This document shows positions 49,093 through 58,712 of a DNA stretch of 64,000 nucleotides, one piece after another. The position numbers were made by a program, and so were the translations under genes. The stretch's first letter is position 1. Each line of letters begins with the position of its first letter. The DNA lies in the IMG/VR virus record IMGVR_UViG_3300022752_002410, positions 2,650-66,649 of that record; one strand, 5' to 3'. Source of the stretch: a virus. The notes beneath the pieces are model-generated. The model saw nothing but the letters and a program-made list of their open reading frames with translations, was not told the DNA's origin and made no database searches.

Positions 49093-49350
49093 ATGTCAAC
49101 AAGAATTTACGGGCCTGAAGAAAAGGCTAAACTAGAAAAACTTATTAACGAAGGCAGTACTGTACTACGTGAAATCCAAGACCTACAAGAGGGTTTGAAA
49201 GATACAGTAAGAGCAGTGGCCGAGGAACTAAATATAAAGACCAGCATTATTAATCGTGCTATCAAAATCGCTCATAAGGGTGATTGGAGCAACTATGATA
49301 ATGATTGGAAAGAGGTTGAAGCTATTTTGGATATTACCAAAAAAATTTGA
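49093..49350 (+). CDS. Small dsDNA-binding protein (T4 DsbA/GapR-like)
   Basis: Helical pattern LKD.V..VAEELNI....INRAIK; upstream of the polymerase. Confidence 0.55.
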   Translation: MSTRIYGPEEKAKLEKLINEGSTVLREIQDLQEGLKDTVRAVAEELNIKTSIINRAIKIAHKGDWSNYDNDWKEVEAILDITKKI

Positions 49351-49565
49351 TGCTTACTGCGTTTGAATGGCTATGTTCAATAGTATTGCTAGCAGGTGTA
49401 GCATTAACCAGTTTCAATATTTTTCCTTTAAATCTTTGGGTATTATTTTTTGGAAACTTAGGATGGGTAATATTAGGTTGGATATGGCGTAAATGGAGTT
49501 TGATAGCCATGCAGGTAGTTATTACTTTAATCTATGTTGTAGGCATAATTAAAGTATATTGGTAA
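49350..49565 (+). CDS. Small multi-TM membrane protein
   Basis: Almost entirely hydrophobic. Confidence 0.65.
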   Translation: MLTAFEWLCSIVLLAGVALTSFNIFPLNLWVLFFGNLGWVILGWIWRKWSLIAMQVVITLIYVVGIIKVYW

Positions 49566-49570
49566 GGTTG

Positions 49571-49622
49571 GCGAGCCATAAGTCGCAAGTTTGGTATTTG
49601 TGAGCCTAAAATCACATAGGAG
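49571..49622 (+). promoter_or_regulatory. Tandem stem-loops before the DNA polymerase SD (candidate translational operator)
   Basis: GCGA-GCCATAAG-TCGC and TGTGA-GCCTAAAA-TCACA-TAGGAG. Confidence 0.65.
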
Positions 49623-49628
49623 ATTATT

Positions 49629-52298
49629 ATGTATGTCGATGCTTATTTCGACCGAGACAATGATATTGTCAAGGTTGTGGAACGTGACCGCAAGGGTCAA
49701 CGTGTTTTTAAAGAATACCCAGCTAAGTTTGTATTTTACTACGACGATGCCAAGGGAAAATATACCAGTATATATGGAACACCAGTAAGTAGAACAATTT
49801 GTAAAACACAAAAGGATTTCCATAAAGAACTAAAAATAAATTCAAACAAACGTATCTACGAAGCTGATATTAATCAAATCTTTGTTTGCTTGAGTGAACA
49901 CTACTTAAATGATGAAGCCCCAAAACTCAATGTAGTATTTTTTGACATTGAAGTAGACTTTGACCCAGAACGTGGATATGCATCACCAGATGACGCCTTT
50001 ATGCCAATCACTGCTATTAGCGTACATTTACAATGGCTAAACACACTGGTCACATTGGCAGTACCGCCTAAAACATTGAGCCTAAGTGAGGCAGAAGAAC
50101 TTGTAGCTAAGTTTCCTAACACACAACTTTTTGAAAGTGAAGCAGAAATGCTGGACACTTTCTTACATTTGATTGAAGATGCTGATGTTATTACAGGTTG
50201 GAACAGTGAGGGCTATGATATTCCCTACACTGTGAATCGTGTGACTAAAGCATTGAGTAAAGATGATACACGCAGATTTTGTCTTTGGAACCACTATCCT
50301 AAAAGGAGGGAATATGAAAAATTTGGCAAAGCAGCCACGACCTATGACTTGGTGGGACGAGTACACCTCGACAGCCTCGAACTATACCGTAGGTACACCT
50401 ATGAAGAAAGGCACACCTACAGGTTGGACGCTATCGGCGAAATGGAAATCGGCGAACGTAAAACAGTCTATGAAGGTACATTAGACCAACTGTACAACAA
50501 TGACTTTGCCACGTTCATTGAATATAATAGACAGGACGTGGCCTTGTTAGATAAACTAGATCGTAAGTTAAGATTTATTGATCTGGCTAATACACTGGCA
50601 CATGAAAATACTGTACTACTACAGACTACAATGGGTGCTGTAGCAGTCACAGAACAGGCTATTATCAATGAGGCACATCGTAGAGGACTGGTAGTTCCTA
50701 ATCGTACTAAAAAGGCTGAGCGTGATGATGGCAGTGCCGCAGGTGCTTATGTTGCTCATCCCAAAGAAGGATTACATGATTGGATAGGCAGCGTGGATAT
50801 TAACAGTCTATATCCCAGTGCTATTCGTGCTTTAAACATGGGTCCAGAAACTATTGTTGGTCAATTACGTCAAACAATGACTGATACATATATGCAAGAA
50901 CAAATGGCCAAGGGCAAAAGTTTTGCAGGTAGCTGGGAGGGACGCTTTGGCAGTATGGAATACGAAGCAGTAATGAATAAGGAAATTGGCACGGAAATAA
51001 CTATCGACTGGGAAGAAGGCGGACATGATATAGTAAGTGCCGCTGAAGCATATAAACTAATCTTTGATAGTAATCAATCATGGATGTTAAGTGCTAATGG
51101 TACAATCTTTACCTATGAGAAAGAAGGTGTTATTCCAGGCTTGTTAGAACGTTGGTATAAAGAACGTAAAGAGATGCAGGCTAAATTAAAGGATGCTATT
51201 AATGCTGGAAATAAAATTGAAGAGGAATACTGGGACAAACGACAGTTGGTTAAGAAAATTAACCTCAACAGTCTTTATGGTGCTATTCTTAATCCTGGCT
51301 GTAGGTTTTTTGATAAACGCATTGGACAAAGTACTACTCTTAGTGGTAGGCAAATTACCAAGCACATGGCTGCTAAGATAAACGAAGTAATCACAGGAGA
51401 TTATGATCACGTTGGTCGTAGCATAATTTATGGTGATACTGATAGTGCCTATTTTAGTGCTCATCGTACATTGAAGAAAGAAATAGATAAAGGCACTATT
51501 CCTTGGACTAAGGAAACTATCATACAATTATATGATGGAGTAGCAGAAGAAGTAAACAAATCATTCCCAGACTTTATGACACAGGCTTTTCATTGTCCTA
51601 AAAGCAGAGGTGCAGTGATTAAAGCAGGACGTGAACTTGTAGCCAGTAAGGGATTGTTTATTACCAAAAAGCGTTATAGCGTCCTGTACTATGATAAAGA
51701 AGGTAAACGTCAAGATATAGAAGATAAACCTGGCAAAATTAAGGCCATGGGCTTGGATCTAAAGCGCAGTGATACTCCAGAATTTATACAGGACTTTTTA
51801 AGTCAAGTATTAGAGATGGTCTTGACTGGCAATGATGAAAAAACTGTATTAGACTATATAAGTGATTTTAGAATTAATTTTAAGTCTAGACCAGGTTGGG
51901 AAAAAGGTAGTCCTCGTCGTGCTAATAACATCACTGACTATGAAGAAAAAGAACGTAAACAAGGCAAAGCTAATATGCCAGGACATGTAAGAGCTAGTAT
52001 TAATTGGAATACTCTTAAACGTATGCACGGTGACAAATACTCAATGGGTATTGTTGATGGTATGAAGGTGGTCGTATGCAAATTAAAGCCTAACCCATTA
52101 GGCTATACTAGTGTAGCATACCCAGTAGATGAGTTAAGGTTACCACAATGGTTTAAAGACTTGCCCTTTGATCATGCTGCCATGGAAGACACTATTATAG
52201 ATAATAAACTAGAAAATCTTATTGGTGTATTGAAATGGAGCATAATAAACACACAAGAATCAAATACATTTAATAAATTATTTGAATTTGAAGCTTGA
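49629..52298 (+). CDS. Family B DNA polymerase (T4 gp43-like)
   Basis: Exonuclease motifs FDIE, GWN..YDIPY, YN..D; polymerase motifs DINSLYPS, K...NSLYG, YGDTDS, KKRY. Confidence 0.97.
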   Translation: MYVDAYFDRDNDIVKVVERDRKGQRVFKEYPAKFVFYYDDAKGKYTSIYGTPVSRTICKTQKDFHKELKINSNKRIYEADINQIFVCLSEHYLNDEAPKLNVVFFDIEVDFDPERGYASPDDAFMPITAISVHLQWLNTLVTLAVPPKTLSLSEAEELVAKFPNTQLFESEAEMLDTFLHLIEDADVITGWNSEGYDIPYTVNRVTKALSKDDTRRFCLWNHYPKRREYEKFGKAATTYDLVGRVHLDSLELYRRYTYEERHTYRLDAIGEMEIGERKTVYEGTLDQLYNNDFATFIEYNRQDVALLDKLDRKLRFIDLANTLAHENTVLLQTTMGAVAVTEQAIINEAHRRGLVVPNRTKKAERDDGSAAGAYVAHPKEGLHDWIGSVDINSLYPSAIRALNMGPETIVGQLRQTMTDTYMQEQMAKGKSFAGSWEGRFGSMEYEAVMNKEIGTEITIDWEEGGHDIVSAAEAYKLIFDSNQSWMLSANGTIFTYEKEGVIPGLLERWYKERKEMQAKLKDAINAGNKIEEEYWDKRQLVKKINLNSLYGAILNPGCRFFDKRIGQSTTLSGRQITKHMAAKINEVITGDYDHVGRSIIYGDTDSAYFSAHRTLKKEIDKGTIPWTKETIIQLYDGVAEEVNKSFPDFMTQAFHCPKSRGAVIKAGRELVASKGLFITKKRYSVLYYDKEGKRQDIEDKPGKIKAMGLDLKRSDTPEFIQDFLSQVLEMVLTGNDEKTVLDYISDFRINFKSRPGWEKGSPRRANNITDYEEKERKQGKANMPGHVRASINWNTLKRMHGDKYSMGIVDGMKVVVCKLKPNPLGYTSVAYPVDELRLPQWFKDLPFDHAAMEDTIIDNKLENLIGVLKWSIINTQESNTFNKLFEFEA

Positions 52299-52323
52299 CA
52301 AAAAACTTTTTTCTAAATAAAAT
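52295..52323 (+). promoter_or_regulatory. Sigma70-type promoter with overlapping TAAATA
   Basis: TTGACA(52295-300)-17 bp-TAAAAT(52318-23); TAAATA at 52314-19. Confidence 0.7.
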
Positions 52324-52340
52324 ATATAAAGGAGATTTAG

Positions 52341-53075
52341 ATGATTAAAGATATATTAACAGACATTGTAGCACATACACACAGCTTAGGGTTCCTACCA
52401 TTAGTAAAAATTACTAATGAAGATGATTGCTCAGTAATTGAAAGTATGGCAGAAGATCGTAGTGTTATCCTTAGTGCTAAAACACACAACCCAGTAGATT
52501 CATTCGTGGGTACATTTGGTATGCCAGATTTAGACAAACTTAACCTATTACTAAAAAGTCCAGAATATAAAGAAAACGCTACTATTGATGTAGTAGTCAA
52601 CAATCGTAATGGGGAGGAAATCCCTACAGGTCTAAGATTTGAAAATGAGGACAAGGACTTTGTCAATGATTTTAGATTTATGAGCACACAACTTATTAAT
52701 GAAAAACTTAAAAGTGTTAAGTTTAAAGGCTCAAGTTGGAACATAGAATTTACTCCTAGCATTAGCAGCACTCAAAGACTTAAATTGCAGGCGCAAGTTC
52801 ATAATGAAGTAAGTTTTTTCAAAGTCAAAGTAGAAAATAAGAATTTGATGTTTAGTTTTGGAGATGCAAGTACACACGCAGGTGAGTTTATCTTTCAACC
52901 ACAAGTAGAAGGAAAATTAAAACAGGAATGGACTTGGCCAATACAGCAAGTATTAAGCATCCTAAACCTAAACGGTGACATGACTATGAAGATCAGTGAC
53001 CAAGGTGCTATGATGATTGTTGTAGATAGCGGTATTGCAGAATACCAATATATCCTACCAGCACAAACAAAATGA
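52341..53075 (+). CDS. Probable sliding clamp (gp45/PCNA-like)
   Basis: 244 aa; directly after PolB; FGM.DL.KL..LL and C-terminal ISDQGAM.I...YILPA pattern. Confidence 0.65.
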   Translation: MIKDILTDIVAHTHSLGFLPLVKITNEDDCSVIESMAEDRSVILSAKTHNPVDSFVGTFGMPDLDKLNLLLKSPEYKENATIDVVVNNRNGEEIPTGLRFENEDKDFVNDFRFMSTQLINEKLKSVKFKGSSWNIEFTPSISSTQRLKLQAQVHNEVSFFKVKVENKNLMFSFGDASTHAGEFIFQPQVEGKLKQEWTWPIQQVLSILNLNGDMTMKISDQGAMMIVVDSGIAEYQYILPAQTK

Positions 53076-53269
53076 ACCCAGAAATACAAAGTAAAGTACA
53101 AGACCTAAAGTCTACTATACAAAATCTAAATAATATACTTGGAGATTTACATAATAGTAATGTTTTGGTTCATTTGAGTATAGATAAAAATAGTGCTATT
53201 GATCCTACACAGATTAGACTTTTACTCTGTATGCAGCACATAGATTACCTAAAAGAAGAAAACAAATGA
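53072..53269 (+). CDS. Hypothetical protein
   Basis: ATGA overlaps at both ends. Confidence 0.65.
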   Translation: MNPEIQSKVQDLKSTIQNLNNILGDLHNSNVLVHLSIDKNSAIDPTQIRLLLCMQHIDYLKEENK

Positions 53270-54822
53270 ATCGAAACCTTTCTAATACCCAACTAGACTA
53301 CGCTAAGTTTTTGCCAGCGACCAGCACCTTTTATGCTACCTTTATAGGCAAACAGCGTTATATAAACTATGTAGATCCCGCAAGGATTCCTCCTAGTTTT
53401 ACTAATGGTATGGAAAGTTTGAACTTTCTTGATCCAGTAAAAGGTCAATTTTACTATGAATGGTGCTTGTATAGTGCTGGACATGCTAGTCTTGATCTAA
53501 GCAAACCCTGCTGGAAAGAGGATATGTTTAGAAATCGTAATCGCTCAAATAGCTTTGTACTTGGCGATAGCGGCGGATTCCAGATTGGTAAAGGTCGCTG
53601 GGAAGGTGACTGGAAAGACCCTAACTGTCCTAAGGCCAGTAAAAAACGCAAACAGGTTCTGGAATGGATGGACACATTGATGGACTATGGCATGATTCTT
53701 GATATTCCTAGTTGGGTAGGACGTATTAAAGAGAATGCTCAAAAAACTGGCATTAGGAATTTTTCAGAAGCAGTAGCAGGTACACATATTAACAACGAAT
53801 ACTTTATACGTAATCGTAACGGTAACTGTAAATTTCTTAACGTACTACAAGGTGAAAATCATACCCAAGCTGATCTTTGGTATAATCAAATGAAAAAGTA
53901 CAGTGATCCCAAACAATACCCTAACGAACATTTTAATGGATGGGGTATGGGTGGACAAAATATGTGTGACATTAGTCTTGTACTGCGTAGACTAGTAGAA
54001 CTAAGATTTGATAATTTATTAGAACCAGGCTTACACGACTGGATGCACTTTTTAGGCACAAGTAAATTAGAATGGGCCATACTTATGACTGATATACAAC
54101 GTGCAGTTCGTAAATATCATAATCCAAATTTCACCATAAGTTTTGACTGTGCTAGTCCATTCTTAGCTACAGCAAATGGACAAATATATTATCAAACTGA
54201 GACTATAGATCGTAGCAAATGGACCTATAGGATGAGTGCTGGGTTAGATGATAAGAAATATAAACATGACACAAGACTATATCGTGATGCGGTGGTAGCA
54301 GATGGAAAATTACCTTTGTTTGAAAATAGCCCTGTAATGGATCAAATCAAAACTAACGATATTTGTGTATATGGTCCAGGTGACTTAAACAAGTTTGGCA
54401 AAAGCAATAAGACCAGCTGGGACAGTTTTAGCTATGGTATTATGATGGCACATAATATTTGGCATCATATTAGTGCTGTACAAGAAGCTAATCGTCAATA
54501 CGATTTAGGTAACTGTCCAAAAATGCTAGTAGCAGAAAATTTTAAAAGAGTTTATTTTAGAGATATTGTAAATGCTATTTTTGCCAGCACTAACAAAGGA
54601 GTTGCATTAGATATACTTGAAGATCATGATAGTTTCTTTAAACAAATTATAGGTACAAGAGGTGCAAGTGGTAAAAATGCAACAAATGCTTTCTCTAAAT
54701 TTGAGGAACTGTTTGACATCATAGAGGAAGATAGTGTAGAATTAGATGAGGAAGAATTTACAGACACCCAAATTGATCGTTTAGAAGAACTTGAATTGGA
54801 AACTGAAGATGACACTGCCTGA
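53266..54822 (+). CDS. TGT-fold guanine transglycosylase, DpdA-like
   Basis: GDSGGFQ, ILDIP, NVLQG, GWGMGG, HFLG, SFDCAS. Confidence 0.75.
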   Translation: MNRNLSNTQLDYAKFLPATSTFYATFIGKQRYINYVDPARIPPSFTNGMESLNFLDPVKGQFYYEWCLYSAGHASLDLSKPCWKEDMFRNRNRSNSFVLGDSGGFQIGKGRWEGDWKDPNCPKASKKRKQVLEWMDTLMDYGMILDIPSWVGRIKENAQKTGIRNFSEAVAGTHINNEYFIRNRNGNCKFLNVLQGENHTQADLWYNQMKKYSDPKQYPNEHFNGWGMGGQNMCDISLVLRRLVELRFDNLLEPGLHDWMHFLGTSKLEWAILMTDIQRAVRKYHNPNFTISFDCASPFLATANGQIYYQTETIDRSKWTYRMSAGLDDKKYKHDTRLYRDAVVADGKLPLFENSPVMDQIKTNDICVYGPGDLNKFGKSNKTSWDSFSYGIMMAHNIWHHISAVQEANRQYDLGNCPKMLVAENFKRVYFRDIVNAIFASTNKGVALDILEDHDSFFKQIIGTRGASGKNATNAFSKFEELFDIIEEDSVELDEEEFTDTQIDRLEELELETEDDTA

Positions 54823-55063
54823 TGAAAGATATCGTAGCCTAATAGCAACCAAATACTTTCTTGTTCAATTATGTAGCCCTAGGTTAAGTCCTAGAGTTCC
54901 ACGAGCAGTTAGAAAGGAGGCTCTTAATTTGCTTAGACACTTTCCAAGCGATTATCATTTGGACTTGATATGTGAAAGAATACCTGAAGAGTTTGCTAAA
55001 GAAATGGAACCTGTGACACGAATGTTTAAAAAATACGAACTAAGCAAAAATGAACAAAACTAG
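54809..55063 (+). CDS. BPSL0761-family-like small protein
   Basis: MTLPDERYR...PRVP..VR..A..LLRHFP. Confidence 0.6.
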   Translation: MTLPDERYRSLIATKYFLVQLCSPRLSPRVPRAVRKEALNLLRHFPSDYHLDLICERIPEEFAKEMEPVTRMFKKYELSKNEQN

Positions 55064-55943
55064 TCTAGTTATTGGCTTGGGTATAGGACAACTTTATAAG
55101 GATGTCCTACAAGAATTAGGTCACGATGTTATCACTGTGGATCAGGATCCTAAAAGATTGGCTGACTACACCCTACTTCCGCAAGCATTAGAACAAGTAG
55201 ATAAGTTTGATACCGTACATATTTGTACTCCAAACTATACACACGGCACCATAGCACTAGAAGTAGAGGATAAGGCACGTATTCTCTTTATTGAAAAACC
55301 TGGTCTAGCCACTGCCAGTGCTTGGGACCTGCTGGTTGAAGGCCATCCTAATACTAGAATAATGATGGTTAAGAATAATCAATACAGAGATGATATTCAA
55401 GAGTTTAAGGATTTGGCCAATGCCAGTGTTATTGTTAATCTTAACTGGATCAATCGTGATCGTGTGCCTAATCCTGGTAGTTGGTTCACTAATAAAGAAC
55501 TAGCATTTGGCGGAGTTAGTCGTGACCTAGTTCCACATTTACTGAGCCTTTGGATGGCTATGGATCCTTGGTATGACCAAGCAGATCGTACACGTAAAAT
55601 GGTCAAACAGAATTGGACATTAGCTGATCTTACAGCAACAGATTATGGTACTGTAAATCCAAAAGGCACATATAACGTGGATGACTATTGTAGGTTGGGA
55701 TTTTTAGGCAGAGAAACTATGTGGACTATTACAGCAGATTGGCGTAGTCTACAAGAAGATAATATCGGAGTAGAGTTTGAATTATACACTGGGCACAAAT
55801 ACGTTAAACCATTAGGGCTATGTCCAGAGAGTGCCTACAAGCGTATGATCGAAACTGCTATACAAAAAATAGACGACCAAGAATTTTGGGACGATCAGTT
55901 CCATCAGGACAGTTGGATACACACAAAGGTGGAAAAACTATGA
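55050..55943 (+). CDS. Gfo/Idh/MocA-family NAD(P) oxidoreductase
   Basis: IGLGIG, ICTPN..H, IEKP, GG...DL..H. Confidence 0.85.
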   Translation: MNKTSLVIGLGIGQLYKDVLQELGHDVITVDQDPKRLADYTLLPQALEQVDKFDTVHICTPNYTHGTIALEVEDKARILFIEKPGLATASAWDLLVEGHPNTRIMMVKNNQYRDDIQEFKDLANASVIVNLNWINRDRVPNPGSWFTNKELAFGGVSRDLVPHLLSLWMAMDPWYDQADRTRKMVKQNWTLADLTATDYGTVNPKGTYNVDDYCRLGFLGRETMWTITADWRSLQEDNIGVEFELYTGHKYVKPLGLCPESAYKRMIETAIQKIDDQEFWDDQFHQDSWIHTKVEKL

Positions 55944-56818
55944 ATAGATTATTGATGACCTTGGGAGATGGAACTTTTTATGAAAGTTCTTATGTAATAC
56001 CTGAAATGAAAAGTAATGAAATTCGTGTCAAAAACATTATGACTGGTGTTTGTCGTAGTGATGTTGATATGATGATAGGTGAGTTTGGGCCGTTACCCGC
56101 TAATATGCAGGGACACGAAGGCTTAGGCGAAGTTATTGAAGTAGGAAAAATGGTATATGATGTTCAGATTGGTGATATTGTTGCTACTCGTGGCGAACCT
56201 GCTTACGCCGATTTCTACAACGTACGAGCAAGAGAATATGTTAAGGTCCCAGAGGCCCATCCCCGCTATATACTTGAACCAGTAGCTTGTGGTATCAACG
56301 CTGTTAATCAATTCTACTACTGCCTCAAACGTAAAGATGGTGGAAGGCTACTACTTAATGGCTCTGGTTTTTTAGCCAGTGTGGCATATCGTACACTAAA
56401 AATCAATAACTTTAACTTTGACATAACGGTATTGGGCTATCATAACCAAGAACTATTTGGCAGAGATCTAAAAAGTACCTACGAAGGGGAATATGACGTA
56501 ATCATTGATCTTAAGGGTGATGACTTATATCCTATTGCCAATAATGGCATATTAGTTAACTGTGTGGCCAAAGCAGCGAGTAAAAAACAAGAAGAGGATT
56601 TACTTTGGCGCAGTGTAATGACTGTGCGTCCAAGCCCACGTAGTCCAACATTTCATAATTCTATGGAATATGCTGCTAAATGGATAGACGAAGGTAGTTT
56701 AGATGTTGACAAGTTCTGGACTCGTGCGTATAATAGAGACACAGAGTGGCAACAAGCATTTGCAGATTCATTGAATAGACCAGAAAACTATAGCAGAGGT
56801 TATATTGTATGGCAATAG
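55940..56818 (+). CDS. Zn-dependent medium-chain dehydrogenase
   Basis: GVCRSD, GHEGLG.V..VG, LEPVAC. Confidence 0.85.
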   Translation: MNRLLMTLGDGTFYESSYVIPEMKSNEIRVKNIMTGVCRSDVDMMIGEFGPLPANMQGHEGLGEVIEVGKMVYDVQIGDIVATRGEPAYADFYNVRAREYVKVPEAHPRYILEPVACGINAVNQFYYCLKRKDGGRLLLNGSGFLASVAYRTLKINNFNFDITVLGYHNQELFGRDLKSTYEGEYDVIIDLKGDDLYPIANNGILVNCVAKAASKKQEEDLLWRSVMTVRPSPRSPTFHNSMEYAAKWIDEGSLDVDKFWTRAYNRDTEWQQAFADSLNRPENYSRGYIVWQ

Positions 56819-57312
56819 ACACAGAAGGTAGGCAAGATGTAGATTACTTTATTGGCACTGAAGTGGAACATACCCCAATGAAGGGCGAACGCACATTGTT
56901 CGTAGTTGGTGTTAAACCTGTTGATCTGATTGTGAGTAAGGTATACAACCTAAAACATATCTATCTTGGCACAAGTCAAAGTTTCCGTCCAGAAACTTAT
57001 GGTGATTGGCAGGATTGGGACGAAATGATCATGAGTTTATTGGACTTAGGCTATTGGGTCACCTTAGACTTTGATTCAAAATACGCTGATTCTATACACG
57101 AACAAGGTTGGTGCGAAAGTAATAACTTTATTCCTGTGATCAGTGTAAAACTTCCCTATATTAGTCTTTATAACTATAATGCTGTACTAAAAATCGACGA
57201 CACTACTTGGGGTCATAGCAACCCTGGTGTATGGTGTCATTACTTACACAACCTAAAACGTCGCAGTAACTACACTGATTGGCGTGAATATGAAGGAGAT
57301 ATCCCATTATGA
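56809..57312 (+). CDS. Hypothetical protein within the modification cluster
   Basis: Overlap-coupled ORF; Trp/Asp-rich; HIYLG and KIDD motifs. Confidence 0.75.
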   Translation: MAIDTEGRQDVDYFIGTEVEHTPMKGERTLFVVGVKPVDLIVSKVYNLKHIYLGTSQSFRPETYGDWQDWDEMIMSLLDLGYWVTLDFDSKYADSIHEQGWCESNNFIPVISVKLPYISLYNYNAVLKIDDTTWGHSNPGVWCHYLHNLKRRSNYTDWREYEGDIPL

Positions 57313-57506
57313 AAGAATTCATTATTAAAAATATAGTAGACTACAGAATTAGAGTTACCAAAAAACAGTGTGACAATCCTAAAACTCTATATACTATTGA
57401 ATTCGCACAGGAAACACTAAAAGAAGGCAAGGTCACTAATGTTAGTACCTACAACTTATTTTTAACCGAAACTGAAATCGACCTACTTATCCAAGGACTA
57501 AAATGA
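57309..57506 (+). CDS. Hypothetical protein
   Basis: AGGAG RBS; ATGA overlaps. Confidence 0.65.
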   Translation: MKEFIIKNIVDYRIRVTKKQCDNPKTLYTIEFAQETLKEGKVTNVSTYNLFLTETEIDLLIQGLK

Positions 57507-58057
57507 GAAAAGTCAAAGTAACCAAGATTAAAACTAATATTGTTGACGAGCATGTACCAGATATGACTGTTGATAACGGAGCAGCTGGTAGACACATAGA
57601 AACTCTTTTAGCTAAAGAGGGGTTTCGTGTTGATACTGCTGGCCCTGTCGATCTTATTGACTATAATACAGAAGTTAAATCTCGACTAGAAACTTCAAAG
57701 GCTTCCTTTACTATAGGTAGTATGAATGTCGAAGATATTAAAAATACAGATTATAAAAATTCACCTATATATCAAAAAATACAAACAGTTCTTATCGTTA
57801 CTCACGATAATAAAACTGTTAAAAAGACAGAAACATATGATCTAACTGATCCTTATATCCAAGATAAAATAAAAGAGTCTTATGACTACTCTAAACAGCA
57901 ACTTATAAACAAGGAAAAAATATCAACTAAAGGATATGGCTATTTTGAACAAATACACGATACGGATAGTTATAAATTTAGAATATCTAATAGTGCAATA
58001 AAAAAACTATTTACCATGTCCGGAAATAGCAAACCTTTCAATAGACTTTTTGAGTAA
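57503..58057 (+). CDS. Putative PD-(D/E)xK endonuclease, MutH/Sau3AI-like
   Basis: NG.AGR.IE..L, VDL....EVKS, S.IY.KI...L.V, I...Y pattern. Confidence 0.55.
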   Translation: MRKVKVTKIKTNIVDEHVPDMTVDNGAAGRHIETLLAKEGFRVDTAGPVDLIDYNTEVKSRLETSKASFTIGSMNVEDIKNTDYKNSPIYQKIQTVLIVTHDNKTVKKTETYDLTDPYIQDKIKESYDYSKQQLINKEKISTKGYGYFEQIHDTDSYKFRISNSAIKKLFTMSGNSKPFNRLFE

Positions 58058-58064
58058 AACAATC

Positions 58065-58451
58065 ATGATTATTAAGCAAGATGTCAGACCTAAAAAAATG
58101 ATCTGGGTAACCTTTCGTAAAGAAGGTATCCACTGTTACCCAGCAGCCGCAACCGATCCTAAACTTAAGACTGGCGACGAATATGATGTCAGTTTTTTGG
58201 CTACTCCTCATCGTCATATCTTCCATTTCCAAGTATATATTGAAGTATTCCATGATGATAGAGACATTGAGTTTATCCAATTCAAGCGTTGGTTGGAAAA
58301 GTTATATCAAGGCACACTTGAATTGAATTTCAAATCCTGTGAAATGATCGCAGAAGATCTCCACGCTGTGATCACGGATAGGTATCCTAATCGAGAGATT
58401 TGGATCGAAGTAAGTGAAGATGGAGAAAATGGTTGTTTTATTAAATTTTAA
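58065..58451 (+). CDS. QueD-like T-fold paralog (DpdL-like)
   Basis: LATPHRHIF (LxxxHRHxF), R.IEFI, SCEMIA, VSEDGENG. Confidence 0.7.
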   Translation: MIIKQDVRPKKMIWVTFRKEGIHCYPAAATDPKLKTGDEYDVSFLATPHRHIFHFQVYIEVFHDDRDIEFIQFKRWLEKLYQGTLELNFKSCEMIAEDLHAVITDRYPNREIWIEVSEDGENGCFIKF

Positions 58452-58472
58452 TCTTTTAAGGGAATATATAAA

Positions 58473-58712
58473 ATGGCAGCAAGTTGGCTTAACAAATACC
58501 TAACAATGAAGCCAGAGGTATCAAAAATCTTTGACGATCTTGAGGCATATCATGATTGGTGTCGTTGGGAAATGGCGCCTTTTAATGAAGCCGATCTGTA
58601 TCGTAAGAGCAGCCAAGTTTATAGTGCTTACTTAAACAGTAAGAAGCCTCGTCGCCAAACCAACTACGTGCGTAGTGGAAAAAAGCGTAATGAGCCGAAT
58701 CTTTCTCATTGA
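58473..58712 (+). CDS. Hypothetical protein
   Basis: AAGGG RBS; 79 aa. Confidence 0.65.
   Translation: MAASWLNKYLTMKPEVSKIFDDLEAYHDWCRWEMAPFNEADLYRKSSQVYSAYLNSKKPRRQTNYVRSGKKRNEPNLSH

Noticed and set aside
49629-52298. Intein or intron in the DNA polymerase
   Set aside because: The length of 889 aa and contiguous motifs leave no room for one.
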